Source: Dehalococcoidales bacterium (GTDB lineage Bacteria > Chloroflexota > Dehalococcoidia > Dehalococcoidales > RBG-16-60-22). Taken from it: a stretch of 35,973 nucleotides of DNA. Every line of letters starts with the position of its first letter. The stretch's first letter is position 1. This document shows positions 33,868 to 35,973 of the stretch, one piece after another. The notes under the pieces were generated by a model. The model was not told where the DNA came from and made no database searches. It was given only the letters and a program-made list of their open reading frames with translations. The stretch covers positions 1 to 35,973 of the forward strand of contig DATLAD010000057.1 in NCBI GenBank assembly GCA_035527575.1, in the 5' to 3' direction. The position numbers and the translations under genes are program-made.

Positions 33868-34055
33868 TAGTCTCTGAGCCGATACTTTATGTAAACCGTA
33901 TTTACGTTATTGGCGCATGCAGCGTTTGTCTCCCCCCACCCCGCCCAATCATTAATAAGATATTTATCTTATTCCTGCGGCCGTTTATGCTCTGTTTATT
34001 GCCCTGATGTTAGTCTTATACCAGAACATTAAACAACAACCCCAAGGAGGCTGAC

Positions 34056-34475
34056 ATGCTGGCAAAAACTAAAATCCTTACCATCAGCACCGACCCTGTA
34101 CTGGTAGGTTTCCTGCAGCAAGTACTCAACAACGGCGAGTACGAGATAATAAGCACCCGCCACACCGGACTCCGCCTCAAAGACGTAATCGAAGCGGAAG
34201 ACCCGGAGTTTATCATCCTGGATATCATGATGCCGACACTGGACGGAATCGGTATCTGCCTGCAACTCCGCCAGTGGACCCATCTCCCCATCATGATGCT
34301 CAGCACCTGGGGTACCGGCGACAACACGGTCAGGGGACTGAACCTGGGTTGCGACAGCTATCTGACCGAACCTTTCGGCGTCGACACGTTAAAAAAGCGG
34401 ATTGTAGATACCCTGAAACGGAATACCGCCTCCACGGTCGACCCGCTTTCCAATATGCGCACCGGAAAATACTGA
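34056..34475 (+). CDS. stand-alone receiver-domain protein (OmpR-family-like REC without output domain)
   Basis: 139 aa with an AAGGAGG RBS. The segment FIILDIMMPTLDGIGICLQLRQW..LPIMMLST...YLTEPF closely parallels the REC of the regulator at 32145..32840. The N-terminal acidic pair is degenerate (ISTDP). Confidence 0.8.
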   Translation: MLAKTKILTISTDPVLVGFLQQVLNNGEYEIISTRHTGLRLKDVIEAEDPEFIILDIMMPTLDGIGICLQLRQWTHLPIMMLSTWGTGDNTVRGLNLGCDSYLTEPFGVDTLKKRIVDTLKRNTASTVDPLSNMRTGKY

Positions 34476-34534
34476 AAATAAAAAACCGCTTTACGAGCTG
34501 TTCCCCAGCTTGGTAACGTTCCAACAGGTAGTGG

Positions 34535-34571
34535 GGGCTTAGCCAATAAAACGCTAAGCCCTTTCTATTTT
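34535..34571 (+). terminator. rho-independent terminator
   Basis: GGGCTTAGC-CAATAAAAC-GCTAAGCCC followed by TTTCTATTTTT. Confidence 0.65.
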
Positions 34572-34732
34572 TATCAGCTTCTATCCCCGCCAAAACATTT
34601 ATGCATTGTTTATAGCTCCACCCCGGCTTTTTATGTTTTGTTCCCCGCTCCGGCGATAAGCTGAGACTGTGAGATAAAAACCAGATATGCAATACATCCG
34701 GAATACAGGGTTGAAGCATAAGGCCCGATGAA

Positions 34733-35248
34733 ATGAAAAGGAAACTGATTTTCCCACTGATTGCGGCTTTACTCCTCGCTCCCTGGCCGGTGGCATACGC
34801 CTATGACGAAGCCATGGCCGTAAATACCCCTATGAACATAGAGGCAGTAGAGCCGGCCGCCGCACCGAAATTGAATGCCTTCGGGAATGCCATTGGCGGC
34901 GTCACTCCGGGCGACCTTTTTCGTATCGACTCTTCCAGCAACAACGCCGACACGCTCTTTACCCTGTATATCACCAATACCGACGAACTCGTGCATTATT
35001 ACCGTTACATGACCCTTAATATCGGCATTTACGTACAGACCGATATCGACCGGTGGGAAAAAGTGAACCCGGGTGAAGGTGAAACGCCCCGGGAGACCTA
35101 TCTAACGATGCAGAGCGGCATGGTGAGCTTCATGCTGCCGGGATACGCCATATATAAAATCACTATCGATAAGGGCTGTTTTTTCTGCTACGGGACCGGC
35201 GCCGATAGAAGCGCCGCCTTACCCGAGTTTTACCTGACTGCAAGCTGA
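34733..35248 (+). CDS. secreted protein of unknown function
   Basis: 171 aa. It has a Sec signal peptide (MKRKLIFPLIAALLLAPWPVAYA|YDE). The mature part is beta-rich with a CFFC pair. No family recognized. Confidence 0.6.
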   Translation: MKRKLIFPLIAALLLAPWPVAYAYDEAMAVNTPMNIEAVEPAAAPKLNAFGNAIGGVTPGDLFRIDSSSNNADTLFTLYITNTDELVHYYRYMTLNIGIYVQTDIDRWEKVNPGEGETPRETYLTMQSGMVSFMLPGYAIYKITIDKGCFFCYGTGADRSAALPEFYLTAS

Positions 35249-35306
35249 GTCAACAGGGAGACTCCCTTATGACCTGTATAAATAAATCTTCGCGGGAGGT
35301 AAGAAT

Positions 35307-35525
35307 ATGATAATACTATGGATACGTAAAAGAAAATCGGAAGAGCCAAAGGGCCCGGCCAAGAATGAGACAGACTCTTTTCAGAAACACGACGAGGTCA
35401 TGAAAAAGTTCCGCCTGGCCCACCCGGACACCAGTATCCTCAACGCCAGGGACATTATGACGGCAGACGGCAACCTGCTGGCGCCGATACAAGATGTTAA
35501 GCTCGCCGAGCACGTGCAAAACTGA
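35307..35525 (+). CDS. small hypothetical protein
   Basis: 72 aa with a strong RBS (GGGAGGTAAGAATATG), followed by a terminator. Confidence 0.5.
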   Translation: MIILWIRKRKSEEPKGPAKNETDSFQKHDEVMKKFRLAHPDTSILNARDIMTADGNLLAPIQDVKLAEHVQN

Positions 35526-35548
35526 CACGCTCAAGCAAAGTCATATAT

Positions 35549-35588
35549 AAAGCTCTCCTCCACCTTTATATGGGAGAGCTTTATTTTA
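35549..35588 (+). terminator. rho-independent terminator
   Basis: AAAGCTCTCC - 14-nt loop - GGAGAGCTTT followed by ATTTTAT. Confidence 0.6.
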
Positions 35589-35668
35589 TGCCTGCCTACC
35601 GGTCAGCCTCAATCTGCTTGCCACAACATATCTTATGATGATAAAATGAGGAACAGCAGTTACATGAT

Positions 35669-35744
35669 GGGCCGCTAGCTCAACTGGCAGAGCAGCTGAC
35701 TCTTAATCAGCAGGTTACAGGTTCGATTCCTGTGCGGCTCACCA
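35669..35744 (+). tRNA. tRNA-Lys (anticodon CTT), CCA encoded
   Basis: Folded by hand: acceptor GGGCCGC/GCGGCTC (one G-U), D-arm GCTC-AACTGGCA-GAGC, anticodon arm GCTGA-CTCTTAA-TCAGC, variable loop AGGTT, T-arm ACAGG-TTCGATT-CCTGT, discriminator A, CCA. It is very similar in layout to bacterial tRNA-Lys. Confidence 0.9.
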
Positions 35745-35973
35745 TTTTTTAAGCTATTTCCACCCATCATTTCGCCTTCAACGCTTTCTATATATCACTA
35801 TTCGTATGATAATATTGCTTATATATCATATCCTGCAAATTTGTAAAGGTGAAATTAGATAAAACCACCAACCAAATGTCAAGAGAACCCTTACCTTCTT
35901 TGTAGCCCCGTCAGCTAGCATTCTCCCTATGGTTAGAATATAATTTTAAAAAATGCCCTAACTAATGTGAAGG

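Noticed and set aside
34330-34719. 129 aa minus-strand ORF.
   Set aside because: It overlaps the receiver gene's 3-prime end and runs across the rho-independent terminator at 34535..34571.

Overview
This 36 kb window has moderate to high GC and looks bacterial. The evidence is sigma70-type promoters, hairpin plus T-run terminators, GGAGG ribosome-binding sites, a lipobox lipoprotein, NarL- and OmpR-family response regulators, and a tRNA-Lys(CTT) with bacterial-type arms and an encoded CCA. The gene content resembles anaerobic Chloroflexota-like genomes, but I cannot assign taxonomy without a search.

The left half (1-16.7 kb) is ordinary anaerobic metabolism:
- an AOR fragment and an NTF2/SnoaL-like protein
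- a URO-D-family / FAD-oxidase / ThDP-enzyme operon
- a type-B carboxylesterase
- a molybdopterin oxidoreductase in B-C-A order, with no Tat signal on A or B
- a TRAP transporter (DctPQM) and a Zn-alcohol dehydrogenase

The centre (about 16.8-28.0 kb) is the standout. It is a complete archaellum (archaeal flagellum) locus on the + strand, containing:
- two archaellins with class III (prepilin-like) signal peptides
- three ArlF/ArlG-like proteins, two of them tandem paralogs and one with a roughly 190 aa C-terminal extension
- ArlJ
- a mini ArlC-like coiled-coil protein
- an ArlC/D/E-like protein carrying 8 near-perfect 18-bp tandem repeats
- ArlH (KaiC-like) and ArlI (secretion ATPase)
- a cluster-specific acidic protein

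The locus is preceded by a divergently transcribed LuxR-type regulator whose receiver domain lacks the phospho-acceptor Asp. It is followed directly by a four-gene phosphorelay (HK, REC-REC, REC-GAF-HK, OmpR-type regulator). No che genes, ArlK/PibD prepilin peptidase or ArlX are present in the window.

The right end holds two tandem cupin paralogs, a stand-alone receiver, a secreted protein, a small ORF and tRNA-Lys.

All functional calls come from reading motifs in the translations. No database search was possible, so family assignments are recognition-based and should be confirmed with HMM or BLAST searches.
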